Source of the DNA: Ostrea edulis
Taxonomy: Eukaryota
DNA length: 64,000 nt
Direction of reading: 5' to 3'
NCBI RefSeq assembly: GCF_947568905.1
Contig: NC_079172.1
Coordinates: 43,214,001 to 43,278,000, forward strand
The position numbers and the translations under genes are program-made. Under the pieces are notes generated by a model. That model was not told where the DNA came from. It made no database searches and saw nothing but the letters and a program-made list of their open reading frames with translations. Of the stretch, positions 51,179-64,000 are shown piece by piece; positions within the stretch are counted from its first letter, which is position 1; each line of letters starts with the position of its first letter.

Positions 51179-51428
51179 CTCCCATGGGGATACGGGTTAG
51201 AATAGGTCATCAGTACCCCTTGCTTGTCGTAGAAGGCGATTAAATAGGGCGGTCCTTTGGATGAGACCGCAAAAACCGGGGCCCCATGTCGCAGCAGGTG
51301 TGGCACGAGAAATACCCGTCCCTGCTCAAAGGCCATAAGCGCCGAGCATAGGCCTAAATTTCGCAGCCCTTCACCGGCAATGGTGACGTTTTCTCTCGAG
51401 GGACGTTAAACAATATTCAATCAATCAA
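51179..51428 (+). mobile_element. SINE-like non-autonomous retroelement with (TCAA)n tail
   Basis: 13-bp TSD TCCTGCACCCCCG at 51166-51178 and 51429-51441; simple-repeat 3' tail; nested in 50708-53450. Confidence 0.85.
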
Positions 51429-52209
51429 TCCTGCACCCCCGGAGCCTTAAGGATGAAACAAAAATTTATCAATGTTAAATCATCTTCCCTACAACCTCAC
51501 ATCTGTAATAAAGATCTAGGCCTCTACCGAAATTGCAAATTGAAAATGATATCCGGGGTAAACGTACTGACTCCAGGGCGGGGCCAAACTTGGTATATAT
51601 AATGCTTATGTGTAAACCATTTTTGAATGTCTTTTAAAATGTTATTGATAGCATAGATCTCTTTAATGCTATGCCGTGGGCGTCTTGTTAGTTAAATATT
51701 TTAGATGAAATAATTCCAGATCCAGATCCGCTAAGTTCTGTATTGAAAAAAATCAGCGGGAACAGGGGCCAGACTGATAGCTTACATAACGTACTAAGAT
51801 TACTTTTCAATATTTACGTCCAATATTCGTGTTTATTATAAATGAAGACCGAATACGTACTTCATATTAGATAGAATGAATAGATATAAAAATCAACGGG
51901 GTTCGAATTGACTGCCACGGCACATGGCTATCTTTAAAAACGAAATCATTTGAAGTTGCGACTATTCGGTTCACATGGGAATTTGATAAATGTTTGGACA
52001 AGAAAATACTAGGAAAATATGCAAGGAATGTTTTGATATTATGATGCCAGAATACAGCGACATGCGCCGTAAATCGAAGGTTTGTATAAGGGGTGGATCT
52101 ATAGCTCTCTGGTATGACCAAATATTTTCCAAGAGAGCTGCAGATCTGCATTAGTGCAGATGCACATGGAATTCCAAATTGTCGGTACGCTTAGCACGCA
52201 CTGTGTTGT

Positions 52210-52625
52210 ATGCAAGGTGAAGATAACGAACAGTGATCAATCTCATAACTCCTACAAGCAATACAAAATAGATAGTTGGGCAAACACGGACCCCTGGACA
52301 CACCAGAGGTGGGATCAGGTGCCTAGGAGGAGTAAGCATCCCCTGTTGACCGGTCACACCCACAGTGAGCCCTATATCCTGATCAGGTAAACAGAGTTAT
52401 CAGCAGTCAAAATCAGTGTGCCAGGAACGGCTTAACAGTCGGTATGAAACACGTCAGACAGCATTTGACCCAATGATAGGTTGTATTGAAGAACTAGATC
52501 GTTATAACGACAATAGAATTTGCGAAATGCTGACTTCAATCGTGACTGTTGAAACCCCTGTACCATCAACTTGTTTGTCAGTAGCTTACTTCGATTTAAA
52601 AACTGACTATACGCAGAACAAGTAT
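52210..52625 (-). mobile_element. 5'-truncated Penelope-like retroelement 3' end (RT C-terminus + terminal repeat)
   Basis: CSAYSQFLNRSKLLTNKLMVQGFQQSRLKSAFRKFYCRYNDLV...SDVFHTDC* resembles the post-RT C-terminus of invertebrate Penelope-like elements, followed by the repeat also seen at 36461 and 61128. Confidence 0.6.
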
Positions 52626-54175
52626 CTGTGTTTGATTGAATAAACCTGTATAACAACTTCACATTTTATGATAAAAGAAAACGCAAACCTCCTGCATAAT
52701 AAACTAACATGTACATCCGATTTATCATGTTGCGATGACGTTTTGTAAAGTTTGAACATGAATCAACGTATATGTTCGAGTTAAGATTTTACATCTACAA
52801 TGTATGTATGTATGCAAAACTGAAATGAATTGTTTTTATTTTTTAATAATTTTCAGATAAATGAAAGAAGTTCATGTAATTCAAAACCTAAGTCGTACTA
52901 TAATAATATTGTAACGTACAGTGATCTGAACACGCTCATCGTTGCTTAGAGAAATACTACCATATCACTAGAAACGCTACATGTAGCTCTCTAGCGAAGC
53001 AGTAGAAATTCCCTACATACTGTGCGCTACACTTCCTACGCTCAGGAAAGCTTCGTTCCGAAGCTTAGCATGGATGTTCTCTGATTGTTTGGCACCTCTT
53101 CGGCAAAGGTATCCGCCGTTCACGACGACAACCGCCGTCGTCCCGGGACGAAACCCCGTCCGTACATGGACACAAAGTCCCAGAGATACTCTATCTGAAG
53201 CAGGTATCCCACCAAACATCAGTCACTACCCTGCCACGATTTTGTAACATGCAGTGGTTTGAAGACGCTCGCCTTTGCTTTTGCGTGATCAAGAGAAATC
53301 ACCAAAAAAGCTAGCTCAAGATCAAGGCAGTAGAAGTTCGCTGTAAAAATGTCAACAAGTCGATATTAGATATATTTAACGATATCGTGCTTCCATAATA
53401 TACGCAGGTTTAAATCTCTAATGTGAAAGTCAGCCTTCTCGCAAAAGTCCATTAGGAACTCGAACTCGAACTCTCTCTCTCTCTCTCTCTCTCTCTCAGT
53501 CAGATCATATCTTTACATGATCATACAATGTACACATGCATCCACTCCCAAGGATTTAAATGCCACTATACCATGAACATAATCTCATTACGTTAGCAGG
53601 GGTGGATCTAAGAATTGCGGTTAAGGGGGCGCAACTTTTTGAGGCAGGGGGTCTGGGGGCCGCCTTGAGCCCCACCCACCCACCGCCAGGGGGTTCAGGG
53701 CTCTAAATAGGTCTCCTATGCAGTCATTATTATTTTCTGTCATTTTTGGTAAGGTGAAATTAATAAGATGACGCAACTTTTAAGGGTTTTTGGACAAAAA
53801 ATGTAAGTTCTCCCAGTAAGAGTAATTCAATATATAAAAAAAGATTTTTTTCATTTATTTCTCCGAGAGTGGAAGAATTAATTGCTTCTTCTATCGTAAG
53901 TCATTACAATTATTTCTTAGAAAAATTCCTTAACTGGCAGTTAATTACAATCAGAAATAGTTAATTTTCTACCTATTCCTTATAAGACTATGAGTGGCAC
54001 AAAGGGCAAAAATATCACATAAGAGAAAATAAAAAAGTTCAATTTCAATGACAATCACATGCTTAATCAACTGACCTTTTTGCAAAACAAATATACATGA
54101 AAGCTACATAAACGGTCTGGTATGTGACAAACAGACGTAACTGCAAAACAAACGGTTATCGAACAATATGCATTA

Positions 54176-55350
54176 AAAGAGGCCCATGGGCCATATCGCT
54201 CACCTGAGCTATACTGGCCCTATCATTGTTCAAGGTCTCAAGGTCAAACACCAAAGTATAACAATGTCTTGCCATAAAGAATCTATATATACAAAGTATG
54301 AAAGCCCTACCAAAATAGTTCTAGATGTATTTAATAGGTTATGTTTTCTAAAAAATAGGTCAACTCAGAGTTCAAAGCCACAAGATCAAAGGGCATGATA
54401 TAAAATGAAAGGTCTTACTATAAGACATTGATATAAAAGATATACTTTTAATAGTTCAGGACATATTGAATTGGTCACAATTTTATTAAAAGTAGGTCAA
54501 ACGTCCAGGTCGAGGTCACAAGATCGCACACTGTAAAATCACATGATAGGTCCTTCCAAAACGAATGTATAAACAAAATATAAAAGCCCTAGCTTAAATA
54601 GTTCAAGATAAAATTTATAAAGATTTTTCCTACATACAAACTTTGATCACCTATTGTGGCCCCATCCTAACCACGAGGACCATGATTTGAACAAACTTGA
54701 ATCTACTCTATGTCGGGAAGATTTTAAGTGAATTTCCAATTTTCTGACCCAGCGGTTCTTGAGAAGAAGGTTGTTTTAAAAAATCTCAATGTATCTTGAA
54801 TATAAAATTTTGATCCCCTATTGTGGCCCCACCCTACCCACGGGGACCATGATTTGAACTCGAATTTGCAATATATCATGAAGCTCTCATGTAAATTTCC
54901 ATTTTGTTTCCTGGCCCGGTGATTCTTGAGAAGATTTTAAAAGATTTTTCCTATATATTTGCATGTAAAACTTTATTCTCTCTTGTGGCCCCACCATACC
55001 ACTGGAGGCCATGATTTGAGCAAACTTGAATCTGCACAATATCAGGAAGCTTTCATGTAAATTTCAACTTTACTGGCCCGATGCTTCTTGAAAAGATTTT
55101 TAAATGACCCTACCCAAGTTTGCATTTTCGTATTTATCTCCCCTTTTAAGGGGGCGGCTCTTCATTTGAACAAACTCAAAGCACTTTACCCAAGAATGCT
55201 TTGTGCCAAGTTTAATTGAAATTGGCCAAGCGGTTCTGGAGAATAAGTCGAAAATGTAAAAGTTTACGGACAGACAGGGGGCAGACAGACGGACGCCGGA
55301 CGAAAAGTGATCGAAAAATTTCACTTGAGCTTTCAGCTTGGGTGAGCTAA
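54176..55350 (+). mobile_element. HINE-like element (copy B counterpart of 29346-30531)
   Basis: Same termini and internal repeats. Confidence 0.7.
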
Positions 55351-56171
55351 CAAGACAAACCACTCAATACACAGCAAATGATTTTATATGCACAACAAAC
55401 AGTGTTATTTTGCAAATGACAATGAAATCGAGATAAATGGTTTCTCGCCATATATATAAATACATTGAAATCAAGATTCATAAACGTGTGATGAACAGAC
55501 AATGGATGAGTAAACAGTCATCGGGTGGCGCCCCGTGAATTTTTACCTCGCAGATTTTTGTGGAATAGGTAAACATACATAATAACAAAGAATGATATTT
55601 TGTACATTTTCGGAGATAAAGAACAAAAATGGCCCTGAAAGAGATCCCTGAGGAATACCTGATTGTGTAGATCTTGGAGAAGATGTAAATCCATCTAGAA
55701 CCACTCAATGTGACCTGTTGGTTAAATAGTTTTCTACCCATTTCATTATTTGTTTTGACATACCATAGATTTGTATCTTATAAACGATACCTATGTGCCA
55801 GATTCTATCAAAGGCTTTTGCAATGTCACAAAATATAAACCTTACATCTTTGTCAAGATTTGGAATAATTGTATTATAAATTTCAATACGTTGATTTGTT
55901 CTTGAATCATCTTGTTGGAACCCAGTCTAATATTTATAAATAATATCATGATCCAAAACATAGTTATTTAAGGAATATTCAATTGTGATTTTTTTTCCGA
56001 GTATTTTGTACGGAGCTCATACCTGTAGCATAGGTCTTAATTTGTGGTATTTTACCTTCAGCTGGTGACGTCTCAATATGAGTGAGAAAAAATCTTAAGA
56101 GACATAAAACGAAACATAATTGACTACTAAATACATGTTACTTTCATAAAGGATAATTTTACCTGTCTTAA

Positions 56172-56512
56172 GGTAGCTCACTACACTAAAGCTTATACTC
56201 GTTATGACACTACGTCACAAGATGGCGATTTAAATATTTTGTGAAATTATTTGTATCGATCAATTTGTTTGTCCATCATCGTAGCTCAGTGGTTAAAGCA
56301 TTGGGCTGGTGAATCGCAGATCTCGAGATCAAATCCGCAAGAATCTTTTGTTCATATATGTTGAAATGAATTTTTTGAAAATCATGTTTTTATCCAAATT
56401 TGCGTATTTTCTGCCTTTTTGGCATATATACTTATTATATCTCATCAAATCTTTTATGATTAAACCAATTCGTACTAATTTGATAAATTATTTCAAGGTG
56501 TAGTGAGCCACC
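56172..56512. mobile_element. 341-bp TTAA-flanked MITE with tRNA-like segment (copy B)
   Basis: TTAA 56168-56171 and 56513-56516; TIR GGT(A/G)GCTCACTACAC. Confidence 0.7.
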
Positions 56513-57511
56513 TTAAATGTTACTGTTCGTGTAACAACACGATGATTATGAAAAAAGAAAAAGTAAGCAAGCTCACATGCCCCATGCCCCAAAATTGCTT
56601 GGGAATGTCTCACATAATGAATGGTAATGCTATGCATTACTGCAAGAACGTGCTAGACGACCTCGAAATAATAAGTTTAAAAGGAGCATAACTCCAAAAA
56701 AAAATATTGAATCAGAATTTTCAGGAAATATGCACAACTACACAATGTGTCCTTATTAACGACAAAGTTTCACGAAATTCTGTCGAGTGGTCTTAGAGAA
56801 TTTCGAGTCCGTCTGTCCTGTTCTTGTCAACGTTGCATTGACAAGAACAGGACAGACGGGCTCGAAATTCTAAGTTCGAAAGGGGTATAACTTATGGTTA
56901 TGGTTATTTCCATATATGGGGAGCAGAGTGAACTGAAAACCCTTGGCCAGCGAAGATGGTAAAAGCGAGTAATGAAAACCAAAATCCTATTTCACAAAAG
57001 ACTACACAAAAAGTTTTAAATCAACATTTCAAATTATGACAACGAAAGAGAACAGCTTGTAAACGAAGTGAAACAAAGTTTGACCATAGGCGCTTGGGTC
57101 ACGAATAATGTAAATTTAAAAGTTTTGTTTTAGTATACGGTAGGTGAAATTAATTTTCAAACGTTTATGAAATTAAATTTTTACAGCATACCAGTATATA
57201 ATAAGCAAAATAGATTACAGAAAATAAAAACCCAAATCATGGAAGTTGAAAAAAAAATGTTACAACCATAGTTCAAATTTGTTCGATAGCTCTATTTTTT
57301 ATTTATTTATTTTTTTTTTTTTTACATTATCCATGACCCGAGCGCCTATGACTTTGACTGACGGACAAATAGACGTATAGACATAGAAAATGGCGCTTCA
57401 CACTCCCCCTTCCAGTCTACCGGTAGGGGCACTCGAATACCATGATAAAGTTCTGTCAAGTCGTTTGATGTTAAACTTCAAAAACATATCTGGCACCACA
57501 AACATTTATAT

Positions 57512-58072
57512 CTATTTCAAATAGATGGATTTCCTAACACTACTGTTAATCGCCTCCAATGCGAAAGAACTCCATTCTAAACACGGAACTTTGGAAATGT
57601 CGAACGACGCCCCGATACCAAAACAGAGGAACAGCAATCCTCTTCCTTTCGATTTCTTCTTGTGACCAGGATAACCCTCCATCAGCTCTTTGGCAGCTTT
57701 TATAGAAAAGGTTTGAAATTTGAAAGAAGGCTTAGTAATCTTGAATGATTTCTTTGTCACTGGGTTTGAGATTCCTAGGTATTGCATCACAATTTTCTGG
57801 GACGAAATTTCAATTTTCATGCACATATCTGGAAAAAATTACAAAATAAAGCTCAACAGTAGTATACGGACAAATAGTTCTTTTCAAAATTTCTTTTTAT
57901 GAATTAATATGCAATTATCGTTTTAATCTTTATATGACTAAACAAGTAGTAGTATAAAAAAAATATATCACAAAGAGTATACTCGACTAGTTTCTTCAAT
58001 AATTTTTTCAGGAGTATATAAAAACATTCATAATACGTTTGATACTTTACTTCAACTTGGAATTCATTGCTT

Positions 58073-58131
<59 letters not shown>

Positions 58132-61100
58132 CGTGTTTTTGGATTTTATTCTATGGGGTAGAGAACATTATGAATAATGTATTTGAGTACTTATCATACC
58201 GACAGTCTATATTTGAAAATAAAAGTCGTACTTTCATAATTCAAAGATTCAAACACGTCAACTCCGTCTTCGATCCCGTGCATTAAGAAAAAGCGCTCGT
58301 CAGGGCTATCCAGGCTGAATGTTGTATGTGGCTATGGAGATAATTATAGTTATTAAAAGGTTTTAAAAATCATACAGGTTCAATTATTGCTTGACAGATC
58401 GATCAGTTTTTCGTTAGACTAAAGCCATATTTGTACGACATTGAATATCTTGTTTGATAATGGATGCCGTTACTTTAGTAAGGAGTAACTCTGGAAATTC
58501 GGTTGATTTTCTTTATTACAGAGATGAGATTATTGAACAGAATTAATGCACATTCAATTTTATAATCACCTTGAGTATCACAGCGGCGGACTCCTCACCA
58601 AGCGTTGAAGAAATGTCGTAGAGTTGACCTTCATCCTCGAATATAAAAACGCATCCATAGTACGCCTGATAACGCCTCTTGGAATCCATTGCTTTGCACT
58701 TAAAAAACCGGACGCCAAATTTAACTACAACACAAAATCAATCCACATAAAGAACACGCAAGACTAGATAAACTACAGAAGAACGATTAAGTTGTGAGAA
58801 CTTCTTTCTGAATCTGTTGTACAATTTATAAAATACGTTCAAACCAAATTACATGTGAATAGCTATTAAATAGTGCAATAGAGTAAGCTGGACGTATTCC
58901 GGTACCGAGTTCTTATACTACGATGTTATTTTTGGACTGAAAGCGGCATGGAGAACGAGCAGTGATCAATTTCATAAATCGCATAAAAATTAATTTAATG
59001 AAAAATTATCATAGTAAAGATATTGTTAAAAAGCTAGCAATAAGCCTACATTCAAGCTGCAGACATATTTACATTACAAATTACATGTATAATCAAAGTA
59101 CTGAAAGTATTTACATTACAAATTACATTTAAGAAAACCACCGAGGAGAAGGTTTGGTTTCGTCAACTGGTGGATTATTCTGTCAAAACATTGATAAACG
59201 AGACTAGCACATGACCTTGTAAATCAGTGTATAATATAGTAAACTAGCATGTAAAGCTAGGATAAATTAGACTACCACGTGATCTTGTAAGTCAGAGTAT
59301 AATATAGTAAACTAGCATGTAAAGCTAGGATAAACTAGACTACCACGTGATCTTGTAAATCAGAGTATAATATAGTAAACTAGCATGTAAATCTAGGATA
59401 AACTAGTCTACCACGTGTTCTTGTAAATCAGTGTATAATAGTAAACTAGTATGTAAAGCTAGGATAAACTAGACTAGCACATGATCTTGTAAATCAGAGT
59501 ATAATATAGTAAACTACCATGTAAAGCTAGGATAAACTAGACTACCACGTGATCTTGTAAGTCAGAGTATAATATAGTAAACTAGCATGTAAATCTAGGA
59601 TAAATTAGTCTACCACGTGATCTTGTAAATCAGTGTATAATAGTAAACTAGCATGTAAAGCTAGGATAAACTAGACTATCACGTGATCTTGTAAATCAGA
59701 GAATAATATAGTAAACTAGCATGTAAAGCTAGGATAAACTAGACTTCCACGTGATCTTGTAAGTCAGAGTATAATATAGTAAACTAGCATGTAAAGCTAG
59801 GATAAACTAAACTACCACGTGATCTTGTAAGTCACAGTATAATATAGTAAACTAGCATGTAAAGCTAGGATAAACTAAACTACCACGTGATCTTGTAAGT
59901 CAGAGTATAATATTGTAAACTAGCATGTAAAGCTAGGATAAACTAGACTACAACGTGATCTTGTAAATCAGAGTATGATATAGTAAACTAGCATGTAAAG
60001 CTTAGATAAACTAAACTACCACGTGATCTTGTAAATCAGTGTATAATATAGTAAATTAGCATGCAAAGCTACTTAGCGGGGTTTTACGCTAGAAATAAAA
60101 TGAAATTCGACTGTAGTGTTGAAGACACAATAAAACGAGTGGCTAGAGTTTAGAATCTACTAAAGGTATAGTCTACTTTCATCCTGATGGAATCAGTGAG
60201 TTTGTTGATACATTGAGGGTCGATTACACAGGCACCTGTTTCTGTGAATACATATGTAAGTTGTGACATCTGTATACTCATAATAACACAAAGTACTTAG
60301 CTTGAAATGACACTGAATGATACCCTCCTGAGAATGCCAGAGAAACTTTTCGAATTGTCCATTTTCGCGACCCTCGATATTTTCCCCACACAATATAGTC
60401 ATCATGGTCAGTTTTCGGTCTTTTCTGTTACTGAGTTTTACTTACACATGCTCATCTCTCGTCTTTCTCTGATAGGGTATCCATAAACACATGTTATGTT
60501 TCTATCCACACACAAGTACACCCCGGTCTCGCACGCCACGCGAATATGGTAGTTCCGAGGTTCGTATGTTGTCCAGGTCATGTCTTTGAACTTTCTAGGG
60601 GTCAGATCAATGTTTGACAAATCCTTCGTACAGTGGCATCTACTTGTCTCCCCTATAACGAGTTTGATCTCAAGTACATCAGTTCTATTTCCTTTGTTTA
60701 ACCATCGCCACAACACCTATAATCACAAACAGTCAATTAACAGCAAATGCTGTTCAATATCAAATGCTAATAAAAGGAATTAGAAGCTGCAATCGATATT
60801 TGGATATATGATAATCACCTAAATGCTAGTACATATATACGTAGACACTCATCTACTTTTTTAGAAACGGTTCTACACTATAATGATCATGGTGGTCCTA
60901 TTTTTGTGGCAATTTTAGACTGCAAATAAAAGCTTACGATAGCGAGCGGAGGAATGGTATTCTGGTCAAATTCTACAATTTAGATGTAATGGGTAAGATT
61001 TGATCAATTATAGACGATTGTCATATCGATAATGAAAGCATTGTTATTGTTAACTGGTTTCCTAGCCAACAAGAAGGGATTCTATCAGGTTTACTTCATT

Positions 61101-61937
61101 GTGTGTTTATCAATGAATTAGTACATATGTGACCGGTCGACAGGGGGTGCTTATTCCTACTAGACACCTGACCCCACCTCTGGTGTATCCAGGGGTCCGT
61201 TTTTGTCCAACTCTCTATTATGTATTGTTTATAGGAGTTATGGGATTGAGCACTGTTCGTTATCTTCACCTTTCATGCTAGATATACAAAATCAACAAAT
61301 CCAACATTAGCTGATATTGGTAAAGTAAAGTAGAGAAGACTAGTGTATTCTATTGTGGGTACAGCCGTTCATGGGTAGTGCAATCCTTTACAACACGTAA
61401 CAGATTTTTGAGTTGGTTTTACTGGATAAATTTCAATTCTCACTTACTACCGACACCCCTACTTCTGTCCTAAGATTTTTCAGCAGTTGTCGGACGTGGC
61501 TACAACTGTAATCCTTGATGTTTTCGTCGTTGATCTGGACAATTCTATCGTAACGTCTGTTGGAAGGAATAATGAAATATACTGAACGGTTAAAACACCA
61601 ACAACAAAACATTGTTAGACTGATCTCCTTCCCTACTTTAAATTAACATACAAATGTGTAACTGAAAATAACGTAAAGTACAAAGAAAAATACATTTTGT
61701 CGGTTTTACGTTTTGTACATCCCGGAAGTGAATTTGTACTAACTTGAGACTGTCCTTGACGGAGTCTGGTCCCACGTTTTCTATGTAGTGGTGGTATTCT
61801 CCAGTCTTTGAGGGATTTTCTGACGATTTTACTCTGCATATTTTTTGTCCGGAGATCACCATCTTTGACGCTTTGATTTTTATTTTAGTTTGCTGTTGGG
61901 GCGACGACGTTGATCCTTCACTTGAACTCGACGAACT
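57512..61937 (-). CDS. Leaderless PDZ-like + IL-1-like beta-trefoil protein (copy B)
   Basis: Exons (-): 61937-61694, 61581-61448, 60716-60446, 58724-58570, 58331-58232, 57828-57512; same lengths as copy A, open frame; exon 5 donor GTACGA; first in-frame ATG 61862. Confidence 0.8.
59202..60071. repeat. Minisatellite, ~66-68 bp unit, ~13 copies (copy B)
   Basis: Same unit as 34351-35398, fewer copies. Confidence 0.95.
61128..61275 (+). mobile_element. Penelope-like terminal-repeat fragment (copy B)
   Basis: Counterpart of 36461-36609. Confidence 0.55.
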
Positions 61938-62280
61938 CTAATGAATTTAATAAAAATTATATATCGCTCGTCAAACGCTGGCATATCTTATGTAAGAGAA
62001 ATAAAAACTAAAATCTTGTGAATTATCGACTTTCAAAAAATATGACATACTGGTAACTTTCCTTAGGTTAACCTTCAAATGACACGCATTTTAGAAAACG
62101 GGGATGTTAACGTCGTCTGCCAGAAAAGCACCTCACAGGCCTTATCTGTAACCTGAGTAGTAGTTAAAAGTATCACTAGTCCCAAGGGCTATGTAAAAGC
62201 ACTTAATAAAAGCATTTATTAATAACAAATTGAAGAAAATATTGTATGCAGTATATTTAGAAATGTTCCATAAACGAAAT

Positions 62281-62713
62281 CAAACTTCCACCAGAGTTCG
62301 TTTGCTCGCAAACCAAACTCTTCCACTTAGGCATTATGGGATAGCGATTTCTTAGGCCGCGTATACTGTGACGTCACTGTAGAATGACGAAAACACATAA
62401 CGTCAAACGTAAACAACTTTCAAAACAAGAACGTAAACATCAAGTTCATTAACTTTACACAATAATTTGAACAGTCTCCCTACTTTTTAATGATCTTTTG
62501 ATCATTTTATGTTTAAAATAAGATTCATACTTTTATATTAATGCTCTTAATATCAATATCTTCAAACTTTTAACTGCGAACTACTTCTTTAGTGTTATTT
62601 GCCTGCGTGATAATCGCGGACTCACAATATACAAATCTGTATATTGTGATGCGTCACATAGGAGAGTTATATTCGTATATAGGTGACGTAATGAGGCCTC
62701 GACGGGGAGTTTG
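62281..62713 (+). mobile_element. 433-bp non-autonomous DNA element with 10-bp TSD
   Basis: Termini CAAACTTCC.../...GGGGAGTTTG; flanks TAAACGAAAT (62271-62280) and TCAACGAAAT (62714-62723), 9/10 match. Confidence 0.75.
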
Positions 62714-62781
62714 TCAACGAAATAAGTTTTTTGTTTCACGTCATTACTCGCCAGGTGGCGTTACTGTTCTAGGGGGTATAT

Positions 62782-63216
62782 CAAACTCCCCGTCGAGGCC
62801 TCATTACGTCACAGTGCCTACGAATAGACCTCTCCTATGTGACGCACCACAATATACAGATTTGTATATTGTGAGTCCGCGATTATCACGCAGACAAATT
62901 ACACTAAAGAAGTAGTTCGCAGTTAAAAGTCTGAAGATATTAATATTAAAAGCATTAATATAAAAGTATGGATTTTATTTTAAACATAAAATGATCAAAA
63001 GATCATTAAAAAGTAGGGATACTCTGTTCAAATTATTGTGTAAAGTAATGAATTTGATGTTTACGTTCTTGTTTTGAAAGTTGGTTACGTTTGACGTTAT
63101 GTTTTTTCGTCATTCTACAGTGACGTCACAGTATACGCGGCCTAAGAAATCGCTATCCCATAATGCCTCAGTGGAAGAGTTTGGTTTGTGAGCAAACGAA
63201 CTCTGGTGGAAGTTTG
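62782..63216 (-). mobile_element. 435-bp copy of the same family, inverted, with perfect 10-bp TSD
   Basis: Near-identical reverse complement of 62281-62713; TSD GGGGGTATAT at 62772-62781 and 63217-63226. Confidence 0.85.
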
Positions 63217-64000
63217 GGGGGTATATATGAATAAGCAGCATGGCGTCACAGTATGCGAGATGGCCTGTGACACGATTAAAACGCGTACTTTCAGAAAGAG
63301 GGGCAATTACACGCGGCCGCAAGGAATAGCTTGTGGAAAGGTTAGTATACAAATTACAATGATTGTAATATTTTGATGTCTTTCTCTCAAAAATATGTAG
63401 AAAATGTTACAAAATCCCTTCTGTTTATCATGCAGACCCCTGTCGAGGTACGAAAATTGGAATTCGCTAAACAGCTTTAAAGACCCAATTTTAAGTTAAC
63501 CCAACCCCCCAACCCCCCTCCGAGACATACATGTACATGTGTCTGTTATCTGACGTCCTAAAATATTATCTGTATCCTGATCAATGGTAAGCTACACGCC
63601 AATCAAACTTTTAACAATACGCCTGCAGGTAACCTCAGCGAGTTTGGTCGAGGCTGGATACTCGGTCCAAATATCCAAGCTGTCCGCCGCTGCTATATTT
63701 TCTCATAATAATATTCAAATTTTTAAAAGTCTCTTGGACAATGCAATTTAATCATTATATTTTTCAATATTCTCTCTAGACAGGTGTTGTAAATTACACA
63801 ATCAGAATTCAAACAATAATTTGCACATTAATTTCTAAAACATATAACTTACTGAAATAATTTCTATTAATAATTTATAACAGCTTTATATTTATGCATT
63901 TATTTTAAAAAGAAATTGTTCATTGACCCATTGAATTAGAGGAAGAGATGGGGGGGGGGATAGACCGTGTCAGATCAGATAACAATTACCATATATAAGC

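Larger units (their letters stand above)
50708..53450. mobile_element. 2743-bp non-autonomous TIR transposon with 3-bp TSD (ATT), copy B only
   Basis: TIR GGACTTTTGCGAGAAG(G)GCTGAC at both ends; ATT at 50705-50707 and 53451-53453; empty site GGTATTAGG in copy A (~28601-28609). Confidence 0.88.
47097..64000 (+). repeat. Segmental duplication, copy B (runs off the window end)
   Basis: Colinear with 24750-39421; carries private insertions at 50708-53450 and 62782-63216, plus an intact copy (62281-62713) of an element truncated in copy A. Confidence 0.95.

Noticed and set aside
51179-51260. HDV-like ribozyme at the 5' end of the SINE
   Set aside because: A hairpin (GTCG-loop-CGAT) followed by TAA is present, but the P1/P1.1/P3 nested pseudoknot order could not be fitted.
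53013-53219. Coding remnant inside the 2.7-kb TIR element
   Set aside because: No transposase motifs in any frame and no further exons found.
62281-63216. Single large foldback transposon
   Set aside because: Each arm has its own 10-bp TSD and the spacer is host sequence also present in copy A.

Overview
AT-rich, repeat-dense eukaryotic genomic DNA with spliced genes. The repeat families suggest a bivalve, probably an oyster (inference). Main contents: (1) A complete 10,676-bp AcademH-type DNA transposon (10191-20866) with perfect 94-bp TIRs and a 9-bp TSD (GTATCGCTT). It carries a 3-exon RecQ-like SF2 helicase (+, one 1-bp frameshift) converging on an apparently intact 10-exon, 1029-aa transposase (-). 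(2) A recent ~22-kb tandem segmental duplication (copy A from ~24750, copy B from ~47097 off the window end), or alternatively an uncollapsed haplotype. Each copy holds two intact minus-strand multi-exon genes invisible in the ORF track: a 7-exon orphan secreted protein (388/386 aa) and a leaderless protein with a PDZ-like N-terminal domain and a C-terminal IL-1-like beta-trefoil, the most interesting candidate here. (3) Many smaller elements: tandem TTAA-flanked Kolobok-like elements, a decayed ISL2EU-type transposon, a Transib/RAG-like non-autonomous element, MITEs with 10-bp TSDs, Helentron-type repeats, Penelope-like fragments including a minimal hammerhead ribozyme, a SINE, and a ~67-bp intronic minisatellite. 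All gene models were built by eye from GT-AG sites and intron-phase consistency; family assignments come from motif recognition, not database searches.
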